From the NCBI GenBank assembly GCA_964270895.1, contig OZ185440.1: a DNA stretch of 64,000 bases; one strand, 5' to 3'. Positions 32,642-45,396 of this stretch are shown one piece after another. Position 1 is the stretch's first letter. Every line of letters starts with the position of its first letter. The notes beneath the pieces were generated by a model, which saw nothing but the letters and a program-made list of their open reading frames with translations, did not search any database and was not told the DNA's origin. The position numbers and the translations under genes were made by a program. The stretch comes from Podarcis filfolensis. Taxonomy: Eukaryota.

Positions 32642-35129
32642 ACTTCCCCAATAGTTCTTTCACTTTCAAATCTTGCCTTAAGGGCATATTTATGTATGAA
32701 TAGGGTGCATCAGTGACCTAGATGCAAGAACTAAAGTATTTACCATCTCAAAAGAATGGTCAGACTGCCCAGGTAATGCAATCAGTAAAACATTATCAGG
32801 TATTCTGGCAGACAGAAGAGAAACCTCCTACTCATATTTCTGTTGGAGACCACTTTACAGATGCAGAATGGTGGACTTCGGTTCCCAACGTAGTAGAAGA
32901 TTCAGATGTTTTAAGGACCGCAGGGCCAAATACAAAAATCAGGAGGTTGTGCAATTGAATGCTTTGCCAATTTGTGGTTATCAGTAAGCTATAGTTTTTC
33001 CTCAGATCTGAAAAGAGGACAAAATCTCAATTAACTGGTTTAACTTGACCAGCGCTCTACCCCCTGCCCAGATAAATGTACAACTTCCAATTTTTAAACA
33101 AGGGTTGCCCCAGGGCGTGCATAAAATGTCATTCTTAATCTGTCCCAAGACTTTTCTTGCAGCTAAGATGAACAGTAGGGTGTCAGCCCTCCCTGGCTAT
33201 GCTTAGATCTGAGGACACCTCAGTAAGAGAGCACATAAAAAGATTAAAAATGGCAGATCCCTGTAGCAATTGAGTGCCCACCAACAGGTGTACTCTGTGG
33301 TGCAGTTCCAGATAAGGAAATACAACACCAATACCCCCGCTTCATCTGTTGGTAACTGCATTATTTGGAGGGATAGCTGAGGGGAGGAAGCCATTGAGAA
33401 CCTTACAAAATATTGATTCATTTAGAATATTGTTGTGAAAAGTACTGAGAAATTCCTCTCAAGACATACATAAAATGGGGGAGCACTTTCATTCTGAGCA
33501 CTTTAATCTTGCCCACTTAAGTGATCCATTACACATACTGATAATTGTGGGATTATTCCCATATACTGCAGTAACTCTGGATACTGGGTGGGAGTACCAT
33601 AACTTCCCCTGATGGGAGTATATTTAGCTTGATTTGTTTCTGATTACCTGCACTAGTGCTGTGCGCTCAGAGTGAAGTTGATATAAGCACATATTTGTGG
33701 GGCATGAGCAAAACTCCAGTTGAACTGAACTTCTGATAACATCTTTGAACTTGCTTCAGTTTGCTGACTTGCTTTTTAGAGACATGAGCCTCCCCTGGCT
33801 TGGTAATCCAAGGAGTACTTTACCCTCCCATCTTTCTCTTGAAATTCCACACATTTGTCCTCACTTTTTATATATATATAAAAGCCCTAGCTCATGGAGC
33901 CTTTGCTCTAGCCATGACCCCAGTGAATAAAGTGAAGGCAATCTTTGAAGAAAGGATGGGATAGGATAGTGCTTTATTATTTAGTGTTGTGAGGTTCATT
34001 TATTGCTGCTGTCAGAGCAGAACTGCAGACCGGTGGCAAGTGAATTCATCACAGAAATGGTATTCAGGGGTGGTAGCTGCTAAATACTTCAGATCAAGTA
34101 GAACATCTGTGTTGAATTCAGAAAATGTATTCCTAACACTTTTCGGTCACTGCATCCAAAATGGTGGTAGTGAGCTTGAAATCTGGCATGTTCATTAGAC
34201 TTTCTTGTGGTTCACACCATTTATTGTTCATTACATTAATGTATGCCCCACTCTTCCTCTCATCAATAGTTTTTTAGACAGGATGTCACTGTGCACTGAG
34301 TAAATAGAGGAGAAGGCTTGAAATGGATTCAGCTAGCCAGCAGTGGATCTTCTCATTCTGACCTGATCTCTCCAGGATGGGCTATTCTCTTATCATTTTG
34401 CTATCTTGTTTGGAATTGCTATCTGATTGAAGAACAGTCATTTATAGATAAGACTAGTGGTAGAGTTTCAGTTTCATGGCTGGATAGTGGATTTTCACCA
34501 CCCCCAAGCAATTTTCTACTTGCCAAAAATAATTAGCATGTTAGTACTCTGCTGCTGTACTAAGCCAGTCATTAAAGCAACAGAAGAAGGATGTATGTAC
34601 AGCTTTTCTGGAAGCATTGATGGCTTGCCCTGCATAAAGAATCCAGAGAACCATAGTACACTTCAGGACTAAAAACAAGCATTTTGAAAATAGGCCCCAA
34701 GACTGTGGGTCCATTATTTCCTCTACAAATTTCAATTTATTTACTTACTTACTTATTTATCTATATTCCTTTCAGGTGTATGCAAAATATGAAAATGAAA
34801 GGAAATTGTTCAGACCTGGGGAGTAATAAGCTTATTCTAATTATTCTCCCTGCATCTGGGCAGAACAAAATCTAGCATCCACTGAGCCCCACTGGGACCA
34901 ATTTGCAGGTGAGGTAAAATGCCTCCTCTCACAGCTGCTTGCCTTACCTGAGCAGACATGAAGTGGGAATTAGCAAAAAATGGAGAACATCTAAACTCCT
35001 GAGAAATAAGAAGTGGACATATGGAATATGGAAACTAAACTTGGTTATCAAGAGCTCAGAGTTACTTATTTTGTCACCAAATCTCATCTTCCTCAGTTTA
35101 ATTCTACCAGACAGGCAGTCTGGTATCCT

Positions 35130-35880
35130 GTTGTTGTTGTTTAGTCGTTTAGTCGTGTCCGACTCTTCGTGACCCCATAGACCAGAGCACGCCAGGCACT
35201 CCTGTCTTCCACTGCCTCCCGCAGTTTGGTCAGACTCATGTTTGTAGCTTCGAGAACACTGTCTAACCATCTCATCCTCTGTCTTCCCCTTCTTCTTGTG
35301 CCCTCAATCTTTCCCAACATCAGGGTCTTTTCCAGGGAGTCTTCTCTTCTCATGAGGTGGCCAAAGTATTGGAGCCTCAGCTTCACGATCTGTCCTTCCA
35401 TTGAGCACTCAGGGTTGATTTCCTTAAGAATTGATAGGTTTCTTCTTGCAGTCCATGGGACTCTCAAGAGTCTCCTCCAGCACCATAATTCAAAAGCATC
35501 AATTCTTCGGCGATCAGCCTTCTTTATGGTCCAGCTCTCACTTCCATACATCACTACTGGGAAAACCATGGCTTTTACTATACGGACCTTTGTTGGCAAG
35601 GTGATGTCTCTGCTTTTTAAGATGTTGTCTAGGTTTGCCATCACCTTTCTCCCAAGGAGCAGGCGTCTTAATTTCATGACTGCTGTCACCATCTGCAGTG
35701 ATCATGGAGCCCAAGAAAGTAAAATCTCTCACTGCCTCCATTTCTTCCCCTTCTATTTGCCAGGAGGTGATGGGCCCAGTGACCATGATCTTCGTTTTTT
35801 TGATGTTGAGCTTCAGACCATATTTTGTGCTCTCTTCTTTCACCCTCATTAAAAGGTTCTTTAATTCCTCCTCACTTTCT
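35130..35880 (-). mobile_element. BovB (RTE) LINE, 5'-truncated, about 750 bp
   Basis: RT C-terminal ORFs (GLKLNIKKTKIM; FELWCWRRLLRVPWT); (CAA)n tail; perfect 12-bp TSD gtctggtatcct at 35118 and 35881. Confidence 0.93.
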
Positions 35881-36510
35881 GTCTGGTATCCTAGTATATT
35901 CTAATGTCAAACTCAGTGTAGACTCTTATGTAGCCAGAACAGCACCATCCACACACAGGAGGGAAGTATCAGCAGGCTCAGAGAAAACACAAGGTTTTCA
36001 GAGATATTTTTTTTAAATGAGTAAATCCCCCTGTAAGAAGGGGGGAGAGCTCAGGGGCCACAGAAGGATAATTTCCTGAGATTTTTAATAAATGGAAAAC
36101 TGGAGAGGGGCTGACTAGAATCCAGACAGATGCACTCCACACTGCAGTTTTGTTGCAGGTCCCAACTGTAGATAAACATTATCATATGTCCAGTATGGCA
36201 AATAATTTATAATAGTTATCCCATATATCTTCACAGCAGTTCTTTGAAGTAGGTCATGGTTAACATAGCTTTACAGATGGGTAGAAATGTAGTGTTGGAG
36301 GATACCTAGTGTGCATAGTTGATAGGAAAACCTTGTCTGTCCATGCACATTGGACAGCCTGCAGCTAATAAATGGTCAACTCTGTTCAATAGAGTTGCCT
36401 GATCTCAATCTGCAGAATACAGTAAAATTGCATCTTAGGCACATTTACTTTGTGCAATTTCAGCTATATGCAGTTGAAGGCAGGCTTGTTGAAATTGGAC
36501 AAGTTAAATT

Positions 36511-36905
36511 CAAGCAAGCTAGAGACCTTAAAAGCTCTCTTTGCACCAGGTCCACTTAAGGTTACTTGGTGGATAAAGAGTTTTTAAACTCTCTGCCTTG
36601 TTTGGGTGGCAAGGCCTTTTCAGTGTGCCTGCTTTGGGATGTGCTTACAAGAGCTCATAGGAATTCAGATGGGCCTGTGAGATCTTGCATGAGCATCCTA
36701 GAGCCATCTGAGTTCGCGTGCGAACTCACACAAGCATTGCACAGCTGGCCTTTCCTCACAAGCAAGGCAGAGAGCTCAAAAGCTCTTTATGCGCCAGGTA
36801 ACCCAAGTGGAACCTGTGTATAACGAGCTCTTAAGCTCTCTGACTTGCTTGGGGGGCAAGGCCTGCTCAGAAAACCAGCTCTGGGATGCTTGTATGAGTT
36901 CAGAA
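36511..36905. repeat. Nested imperfect inverted-repeat block
   Basis: Four copies of a ~29-nt module in alternating orientation at 36511, 36577, 36758, 36824. Confidence 0.7.
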
Positions 36906-37323
36906 CAAGCTAATGGACAGGCTTGCTCTTAAGATTCTATAAATATTAAAGATACAGTAACAGACATCATCACTGAGTGTGTGTGCAAGGGGAGCTGTGG
37001 AATAGGAGAGAGGAGGATGTGGCGTGGGGTGGTCTGTGTGCAAGGGAGCCTTTGTCCGTTACAAAGGAATAGTTAGGTGAAATGGGTGATTAATTAAACA
37101 GAATTAAATTAATACACAAACACACATACGTGTAGTTATTGAAAACAGTAGATGGCAAGCATAATCTTAGGGCACATTTTCTGCTTTCAGTCTGACAGGA
37201 GAGAATGTCTCTTCTAAAATGATGTCATACATCTAAAAAAGTAGGTGGGTTTGCTTCAGAACTATTGTTTTTACTCATATACAAATATAATAGATGAGCT
37301 GACAAAACATATGATTAATTATT

Positions 37324-37656
37324 ATTTTTTTTAAATAATATTTTATTAGATTTTACAGAAAGAAAAAAAAAAGCCATACAAAAAAGAACAATACATATTA
37401 AAACACCTACAAATACCAACAATTAAAAAGAAAAAATATATATATATATATTAAAAGAATTAACTAAAAAGAGAAAGAAAAAAAGGGAAAAAAAAGAAAA
37501 AGAAAGAGACCTCTTTTCAAATTCTTATCATTCATTACCTTGTTTTCCTGACTTCCACCCGCCTCCCTTTCTTGTATTCCACTTTGAAATTGATCAGCAA
37601 ATTCATTCTATTAGTTTTGTCCTTATACAGTTTCCCTCACATATTTATACTTTCCC
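37324..37656 (-). mobile_element. L1-type LINE 3' UTR fragment
   Basis: AATAAA + poly(A) on the minus strand; perfect 17-bp TSD acatatgattaattatt at 37307 and 37657. Confidence 0.7.
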
Positions 37657-40639
37657 ACATATGATTAATTATTTAACTGAGTGAGCTGTACCAATCAACT
37701 CACAATTTTCAGATGCTTGCTCTCTTAACAAAATCATGCAAGCTGCAGTCTTCTGCACATTTACCAAGGAATCAGCTCTATTGAATAAACATATGATTGC
37801 ACTGTCAGTTATTAGGCTTTGCTTTTGGAACTAATAGTACATCTATGTGTAAATGTAACAGTAGAACAGCTAAACAGACAGGCACCACATCCAATTTTCC
37901 ATACCAGGAGGTGGCTTTTCAGTGAGGTGGTTTGGAATAGTTTCAGAACAGTGCCACTTTGCATATACAAATCATGCTCACTAATAGCTAATCTCTCAGT
38001 GCATGAGCTAAACTGGAAGAGAGAACTGATAATGCTTAGCTAGGGGTTTGAACCTGCTCACACTTCCACTTGCTGGCTTTGCTGCTGCTGCAAACGATAG
38101 GTTTTTTTAAAGGCTGCTAATAGGTTTTTCAAAGGCTGCATTTAACTGTTTTAATTGTTTCATTTAATCACATTACATATTAATATTGTATTCTTCATTC
38201 TGTAAGCTGTACAGAGAATGTATGTTGATGGGTGGTCATAAAAATAAGGTTGCTAAATAGAGAGAGAAACCTATTGAATATTGGGTGGTGACTTTTGATA
38301 ACACGAGCAATAGCTAAAGCACTGTCTTCTAGAATCCTGCTGAGACTAAGGCAGCTGCTTTTCCACCTGCAATAACATTGCTTCTTGTTTCACTGCAGCC
38401 CCAGCAGGTGTATCCAATTGGTATAAATTAGCTAAGGCACAACAGTAGACCTTTGCTTGATACAGCAGGAGTTCTGAAGCTGAGGTTTGCAAGGTAAGTG
38501 CTGCTTTTTCCTTGTTCTGCTCCCTGTGGCTTTTGAATTTAGTCACCTATAGGAAACCATCTGAAGCAATGCATACCATGTGGGTTCTCATAATAGTCAG
38601 TAGTGAGCAGGCTGCAGAGAGGGATGAACTAGGGCATACAGCTCAAGTCATGCAAGACTCCTTGTATTTCATGGGCAAATATCATGGGTCAGGCTGTGCA
38701 GTCTTAATAGTCTACTTGACTGCAGCATATCTACACCTGAAGGACAATTGACAATGGTCCCCCATCCTGGTCCTGGGTTAGAGAAAGCATAAAAAAACCC
38801 TCATATTTAATGAGATGGAGAGTGGGCGGATGCAGACTCTCAGCTTCTGAATTGCCACACAATTATTACTACAACAGATGTACAGCACAAGAGGCATGTT
38901 TTTTAAATGCTATACTGAACATTTAAGTTGCACAGAGGGAAGGAAAAAGGTCAGAGGTTAGTGATGGCAGTGGAGGAGGAGATAGCATGAGGCTGTACTA
39001 ATTCTAATTTAATAGAACTGGTGCTGAAGAGGGAGAAGGAATTGTACTATTGTCACCCGTGATTTACTGAGCCAGGTTTCTGAAATGATAAGTGTGAATG
39101 GGGGCTTTATTCCAATACAAATAGCAGATCAAGACCATGATCTGGATTGGAACCGTCCTGGCAGGCGGCCTGTTATTTATTCTTTAAAAATATAAACACA
39201 TCTGCTAATATTGTAAATGGTACTGCATTTAGTCTGGCCCTTAAGATGATTTTGGATGGATATTAGATAGTCTTAGATTAATAGCTCAATGAATAGTTAG
39301 GACAACAAAATGTTAATCCATGTTTGGAAGCGTGACAGCTCTTTGTATAAGTTGCTGGAAGCATACAGCAGGTTAAATCTTTGTGCTTTGCTTGTGGGCT
39401 TTCTGGAGACTGTTGTCTGGCATCTGTTGGAAGAAACAGGGTGCTGGACTGGATAGACTTTTGGTCTAATCTTGCAGAGATCTTAGGTTCTTATGAAACA
39501 GTGAGCAGTGTTCCTCACTACTGTCTCTTTTCCTTCCTACTCTTTCTGCAATGCAAACTAAGGTGACATAAATAACAGCTAAAATGCACAAAATGCAGCT
39601 CATTTTGCATTTTTTGCTGGAAATTGGATCCTGACAACCTGAGCCAGGTGCTGTTTCTCTCCAGTCTTAGTGGAGCTTTGTCCCTGGCTTGAGTGGATGA
39701 TGTTGCCCTAAGCAGCTATTTGCTAAGTTTTGTTGATGAGATGCCTTGACTGCACATATTATTACACAATGAGTGTACTGAGTAGGGACATTAAATTGCC
39801 TTTAATTGGAGCAGCTTGACTTCTTCTGTTCCTTTTGGTTGCTCTGGCAACTAAAGGCAATTGAGTCCATGCCTGATAGTTAATGAGGGGACACTGCTAT
39901 TCTCAATTCCTGATGAATCATTATAGCACTTCCCCATGTGCCACAAACTTTGGCGTGTATCATCTAAAAGCCATTCTTGATTATGACCTACAGTATCAGA
40001 ATGTTCCCACTCTTTCCTCCATATTTTCTTGGGGTTATGGATCTGAATTTCACATAAAGGCCACCTGAGCTTTTATTTAAAACTGTCCCCTTATTCTGCA
40101 GCCTTCTCACTGATCTTCACTTGCTGGCTCTGTCAAGCCTTTTTAAATTTTGATTTCCTCAAAATGTCCTCCAACATCACTGGTGCATAGGGTGCATAGG
40201 TAGAGATGGGTGAATAGTCCTACAGAGGAAAGGTTGTGTGTTTTCAGTTTGCAAACTGAAAAGCTAACACATGCAGAACTCAAATCCATCCAGCAAATCA
40301 GTTTACATGTGGGCTAAACTGAGTTTGAATGCCAGAAAAGATTATAGTGGAAGGAAAGACCTGCCTTTCTTGAGCAGGCTAAAGACTGGTTAATTACCCA
40401 AAGCCACTAGAAGATACTGCTCCTGCTGGCTGATTTCTTCATGTATTTCTCCCTTCAAGTAACATTGTTGTTTCCCCTTTACTTTTTAGTTTTAATACAG
40501 GGATGGGGGTGTTTTTGGACAGAGGCAGATTTAGAGGAGTGCAACTGGTTTGGCTGCATTGGGCGTCAAGCCAAGAAGGCACCTCAACACTGACAAATAA
40601 CAGAAGCCGAGAGGTGGGAGGGGACACCAAATTTTGATG

Positions 40640-40747
40640 TCACCAAGTCCTCCACTGTTCTGGACTACTGTTCCCATCATCCTTGGTCTTGCTTTTTGGG
40701 CTCATGGGTGTTGGATATTTGAAGGGCTACAGGTTCCCCATGCCTGT
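40640..40747. mobile_element. hAT-type MITE remnant
   Basis: ggactactgttcccatcatcc...gggctacaggttccccatgcctg. Confidence 0.5.
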
Positions 40748-41095
40748 TTTAAAATAATATGTATAAGCTCCCATCAGGTACAGGCCTATGAATAGCCGAT
40801 GGCCAAGGCAACACAGCACTGCTGGTCTAAAGACAACTCCTCCCTCTTGCATTGTTTAGAACTAGTAAGTTAAGAGACACTCCCAAAAAGAAAAGCTGAA
40901 TATGTCTTTGTTCTGTGGCCACTAAGTGATCTTGAACTAAAGCCTGGTAGAGGTGTTGGCAGCAGGCTACTGAGACTTCATCTTTGTGTCTACCTGTTCA
41001 AATAGCAGTGATGGCAGGTAAAATTTTGACTTGGTAGAGCTGCAATTCCTAACCCTGCTGTTTTCATCACAATAGGTCTTGTACAGCACTTATTT

Positions 41096-41293
41096 CATAC
41101 CCTCCAACATGCCCCAGAGGAAAACTGGAACACACATATTTCAGGGCCGCGATCTTGTGAGAGCCAGGTGACTTGAGTAAAAGCACCCCAGCCCCAAAAT
41201 GTGGTTGTTTTTTTTAGGGCCATGTGACTCTCATGAGAGCACGGCCCCCCCAAATGGGATGCCTCACTTAAATCAGGACAGTTGAAAGGCGTT
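41096..41293. mobile_element. Decayed MITE
   Basis: cataccctccaac / gttgaaaggcgtt termini and internal inverted gggcc...tgagag arms. Confidence 0.4.
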
Positions 41294-42234
41294 ATTTAGG
41301 AACATGTGCCATTACACATGTGCAGAATGTCACGGTCTCATAATCTCTAGCCCCATCCCCCTGTCAAGTATTCTTTGCACATCTATGGACAAGGAAAGAG
41401 CTTTCATGTAAGAAGGCCTAAATATGATTTTCAGAAGATTGACTCCATACCTTTTATTTAGAAATTAAGCATTTATTAAGATATTCCTTCTTCCCCACCC
41501 AGTTATATAAGAAACAATATGCACCATAAAATAGCTCTTGCTAGTTCACATTGCTTGTATCGTGGCTATGGGACTTATGCTACATTTTACTGAAAATGAA
41601 GCCAGGTGTAGGAAGGCTAGAGAATTTTGTTTTTCAAACATCAGAGCAAAAATCCAGTATTAAGTATAAAGCATGTTCATGAGTTTACTTGGTTAGAAGA
41701 TTCTGATTGATCAGTACACAAAGGCTGATTTTTCATCTGATAAAACCAGGCAAGAGAATTTCCAGCTTTACTTGATAATCACTTTTGGGTAGGTTTTGCC
41801 CCTATATTGTGGCAAATTGGGCACAACTTCTACCAAGTCCTTTTTTGAATCTGCATCACCATAAAAAAATATATCACCTGCTGCCTTTTAATTCTCTTCC
41901 TCTTGTGCACTATCCATAGGCATCTCTGCAACTACCTTAGTGCTCATGTCAAAAGCAATAGTAGTTGCAGGTCTTGTACTTTTACCTTCTGAAGTCAGGA
42001 ACATTAGGTTTTCCCATTTCAAATTATGATCTGTATGGGCAACTGGGTGGAACAAGAGCTTGAAACTGACCTTCCATTCCCATTCCTCCACCCCTTTTAG
42101 TTTCAGAAGAGGAAGTAGATTTACTTGCAGAACTGCCTGCCCCCTTTGCATCTAAAATATTAGCTGCAGTCTCCAATTTGAGGCGTCAGCAAAGGAGGAA
42201 AATTATAATTCTTAGATTACGGTATTTGGGTGAG

Positions 42235-42420
42235 ACCTTCCCTGAAATAGTGTGTCCAGTATAGGTCACTCTGTTTAAGAAAGACTGTTTTTAAATTGGA
42301 ACAAAATTTAGACAATATGCAGCCTCAGTTCTCAACTGCATGCATTCTGTGTTACATGAGAAGCTGGAAATGTTGGGCCTGTTTAGCTGATGAAGTAGGA
42401 GTCTGAGAAGCACTAATAGT
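42235..42420 (+). mobile_element. Old CR1 ORF2 fragment
   Basis: gtgtgtccagtatagg...gagaagctggaaatgttgggcctgtttagc pattern, heavily diverged. Confidence 0.5.
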
Positions 42421-42699
42421 TAACATGAAAGGTACTAGGACTGAAGCCTCGTGATACTCCAACTGTTGCTGAACTTGTAGTTCCCATTAGCTCCAGCCAG
42501 CATGGCCGGTGGCCAGGGATGATGGTACTGCAGTTCAACGAAGTCTTTGGGGACACAAAGGCCCCCCCCCCCCGGTTTATACAGCCTACCAGAGCAGTTT
42601 GCAAAAGTTTGAAATGTTGTATGTAGCAGTAAAAATACAACACAGAAGATGTCTGCAAAACAAAAGAGCACTTAAGCCAGATAAACCCATATCCTAAGT

Positions 42700-43010
42700 C
42701 AAATCCAGACAGTTTTTTTAAAAAAAGCCTTTACCTGGCAATGAAAAGATAACAGAGATAACAGAGGCAGATTCCAAAGGCAAGATGCTGCAAAACAAAA
42801 CAAAATCATATCCCTGATAACCTTATAATTTTGCAAAAAAGCACATAATGAAGATCTTAGGGTGAGCAGGCTTGTTTGGCAGCAGGTAGTCTTGAGATAC
42901 CTAGGCCCTGTAAGCCATTTAGGCATTTGGAAGTTAAAAGCAGCACCTTAAATAAGCTCCAGAAACAGACCTGGGAGCTAAGACCAGAGAGCTATGATGT
43001 GGCTAACTGT
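42700..43010 (-). mobile_element. Old L2 fragment
   Basis: aaagcctttacctggc...gcaggtagtcttgagatacc...aaaagcagcaccttaaat pattern. Confidence 0.45.
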
Positions 43011-43630
43011 GGTTATTCAGGAAACTATAGTCTGTAGATTCTTAAACACACACTATTAGACTTATTTCAGGGCTGAAAACAGGTAGTGAGGATTCCAGAT
43101 TGAAGGTGGTTGACCTTCATGAGGGGGGTCAACAGTAGAAAATGAAAATCTGCTCGCTCTCTACAGGAATTTTGCCTGTAAATATACATAACAAGAAAAC
43201 TTCCAACATGCTAGCATAGCTTTCCTACAACTTTTGCAAGTACAAAAAAAATTAATTGATTCTAAACAGTGCTTATATAGGAAAATGTATCCGCTTTATA
43301 GGGAGCATCAGTCAAGCTATGTGTGGCTTGGCTCATTTTCTTGAGATTTGCATGGCTTTACTAGAAACTTCCCAAACTGTGCAAAGCACGTTGTTGCCCC
43401 CGCCTCTTGTGCTGTTTCCAGATCTTTTAAGTGGGTTTATGCATGTATGAAGGATCCTGACTAAGGGGAGGTGATGATCATCTTAAGCTGCCTTTGCTTA
43501 GTAATTCAACTAAGTTTTACTTGGAGAAGACACATGAAAATTTATGAACATGACTTAAGTTAGGTCCATTAATTTCAGTAGGTCTGCTCTGAGTAAAACT
43601 TCATTGAACACTACCCATGGCATTTACATA

Positions 43631-43842
43631 CAGTGGTACCTCTGGTTAAGAACTTAATTCATTCTGGAGGTCCGTTCTTAACCTGAAACTGTTCTTAACC
43701 TGAAGCACCACTTTAGCTAATGGGGCCTCCCGCTGCTGCACAATTTCTGTTCTTATCCTGAAGCAAAGTTCTTAACCCGAGGTACTATTTCTGGGTTAGC
43801 GGAGTCTGTAACCTGAAGCGTCTTTAACCTGAGGTACCACTG
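43631..43842. mobile_element. Tigger-like Tc1/mariner MITE
   Basis: TIR CAGTGGTACCTC, TA on both flanks; closely similar to 45171-45396. Confidence 0.9.
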
Positions 43843-45170
43843 TACATGCCCATAAAGTAGCTTTCCAGGTATTTGACAGTGGAATCTGGAGGGAAAGGGA
43901 GCGTTAAGTTTGTTTCTCAGGCACCTGTATTACCCCATGAATAATTTTGCACTTAGCATGATGGATAGTTTCCAAAAAAACAACATTTAAGTAAGGTTTG
44001 TTTCCTTTCTTTCAACGTGGATGCTATTCTCTTTCTCTCTGATAGCGAGAGGCAGGCAGTGTATTAGTGTTGTGGGAGAGAAGGCAGAAGAGACCTCCCC
44101 TATCCAAACCCTTTTGTGCCCTGAAAACTTTTGCACAGGTTTTGTAGCTGCAGTTTTGTGTGTAGCTGCCTTACAACAAAGGAAACTTTTCCTACTGCCC
44201 CACACTTTCTGAGAATACCTCCTGTTTGCATAAATGTAGTATGTGCATAGGGTTGTGTGCATGTCTAGAACAATATTAGGATAAAGTTTAGCATGTAAAC
44301 ATGGGGACAAAATGCAGATTTTTCAAGCTGTTAAGTGATGTTTTGGACAGTAAATCCCTATTTTCTTTTTTAAATAAAGGGTTTGTAAATTTAGCTGGGG
44401 GCAGGGGGGAAGATGGTGGTAGCAGCAGCAGGGAGGTAAGAGCGAGGCTCACTTGGGTGAGGACTATGTGGGTGGGCAGGTGGCGCAGCCCTGCTTGGCT
44501 TTGGTGGAGGGGTGCACTGGCAGTGTTGGTGGATGGCTGGCCCCGGGTGCCAACAACTCATGCTACTGGTGGTATGATGTGGGATGTAATCCACTGGGAG
44601 CAGTCAAGTACATTACCTGTTTTGCCTAGAGTGGTCATGCAGGGGATGTTGATCCAGTCAGTCGAACTTCCGGTTCCCTCTTGGCCTGGAGCATCCTTCC
44701 TTGCATGTGACTAGTAGATGGGCGTAACCTTTCCAGACCTGGTAAAAGGCCAAGTCACGCAGCCACCTCCCCTCTCTTCGATCTTCTTTTTCATCCTGCA
44801 AACTTCCTGATTCACCTGGACTGTACTGCTAGCTGGCTGCCAGCCAGCAGTCTCCCCAGGTTATCTCCCATATGGGGTAAACCTGTTTGTACATATTTGT
44901 AACTTTAAGCCTAAAGCCTGCCTTCAGGGATCACACTGCGCTCTGCCTGATCGTGAGTAAAACTACTTTTTGTTACTTATGAATAAGACTATGGTGCCTT
45001 TATTCTTTTAGGAGGGATCAAAGAGGCCTTACCAGGGCAAGCCAGATTGAATTGTTTATTGTCTTAAGAGGCTCACACGAGTCTGCAACCAGTTTTCTGC
45101 TGCATAAAGGGGGACTGTACTCTACTAAGTGAAGAAACTTGCTAGCGCAAGTTAGGAAGGAATCAATATA

Positions 45171-45396
45171 CAGTGGTACCTCGGGTTAAGTACTTAATTT
45201 GTTCCGGAGGTCCGTTCTTAACCTGAAACTGTTCTTAACCTGCAGCACTGCTTTAGCTAATGGGGCCTCCCGCAGCCGCCACACCGCCGGAGCACGATTT
45301 CTGTTCTCATCCTGAAGCAAAGTTCTTAACCCGAGGTAATATTTCTGGGTTAGCGGAGTCTGTAACCTGAAGCATATGTAACCCGAGGTACCACTG
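45171..45396. mobile_element. Tigger-like Tc1/mariner MITE
   Basis: Perfect 18-bp TIR CAGTGGTACCTCGGGTTA, TA on both flanks. Confidence 0.92.

Noticed and set aside
35226-35852. 208-aa plus-strand ORF
   Set aside because: Antisense shadow of the BovB RT frame.
38990-39260. Enhancer-looking AT-rich stretches (also 37050-37130, 51810-51960)
   Set aside because: Conservation cannot be judged without alignments.
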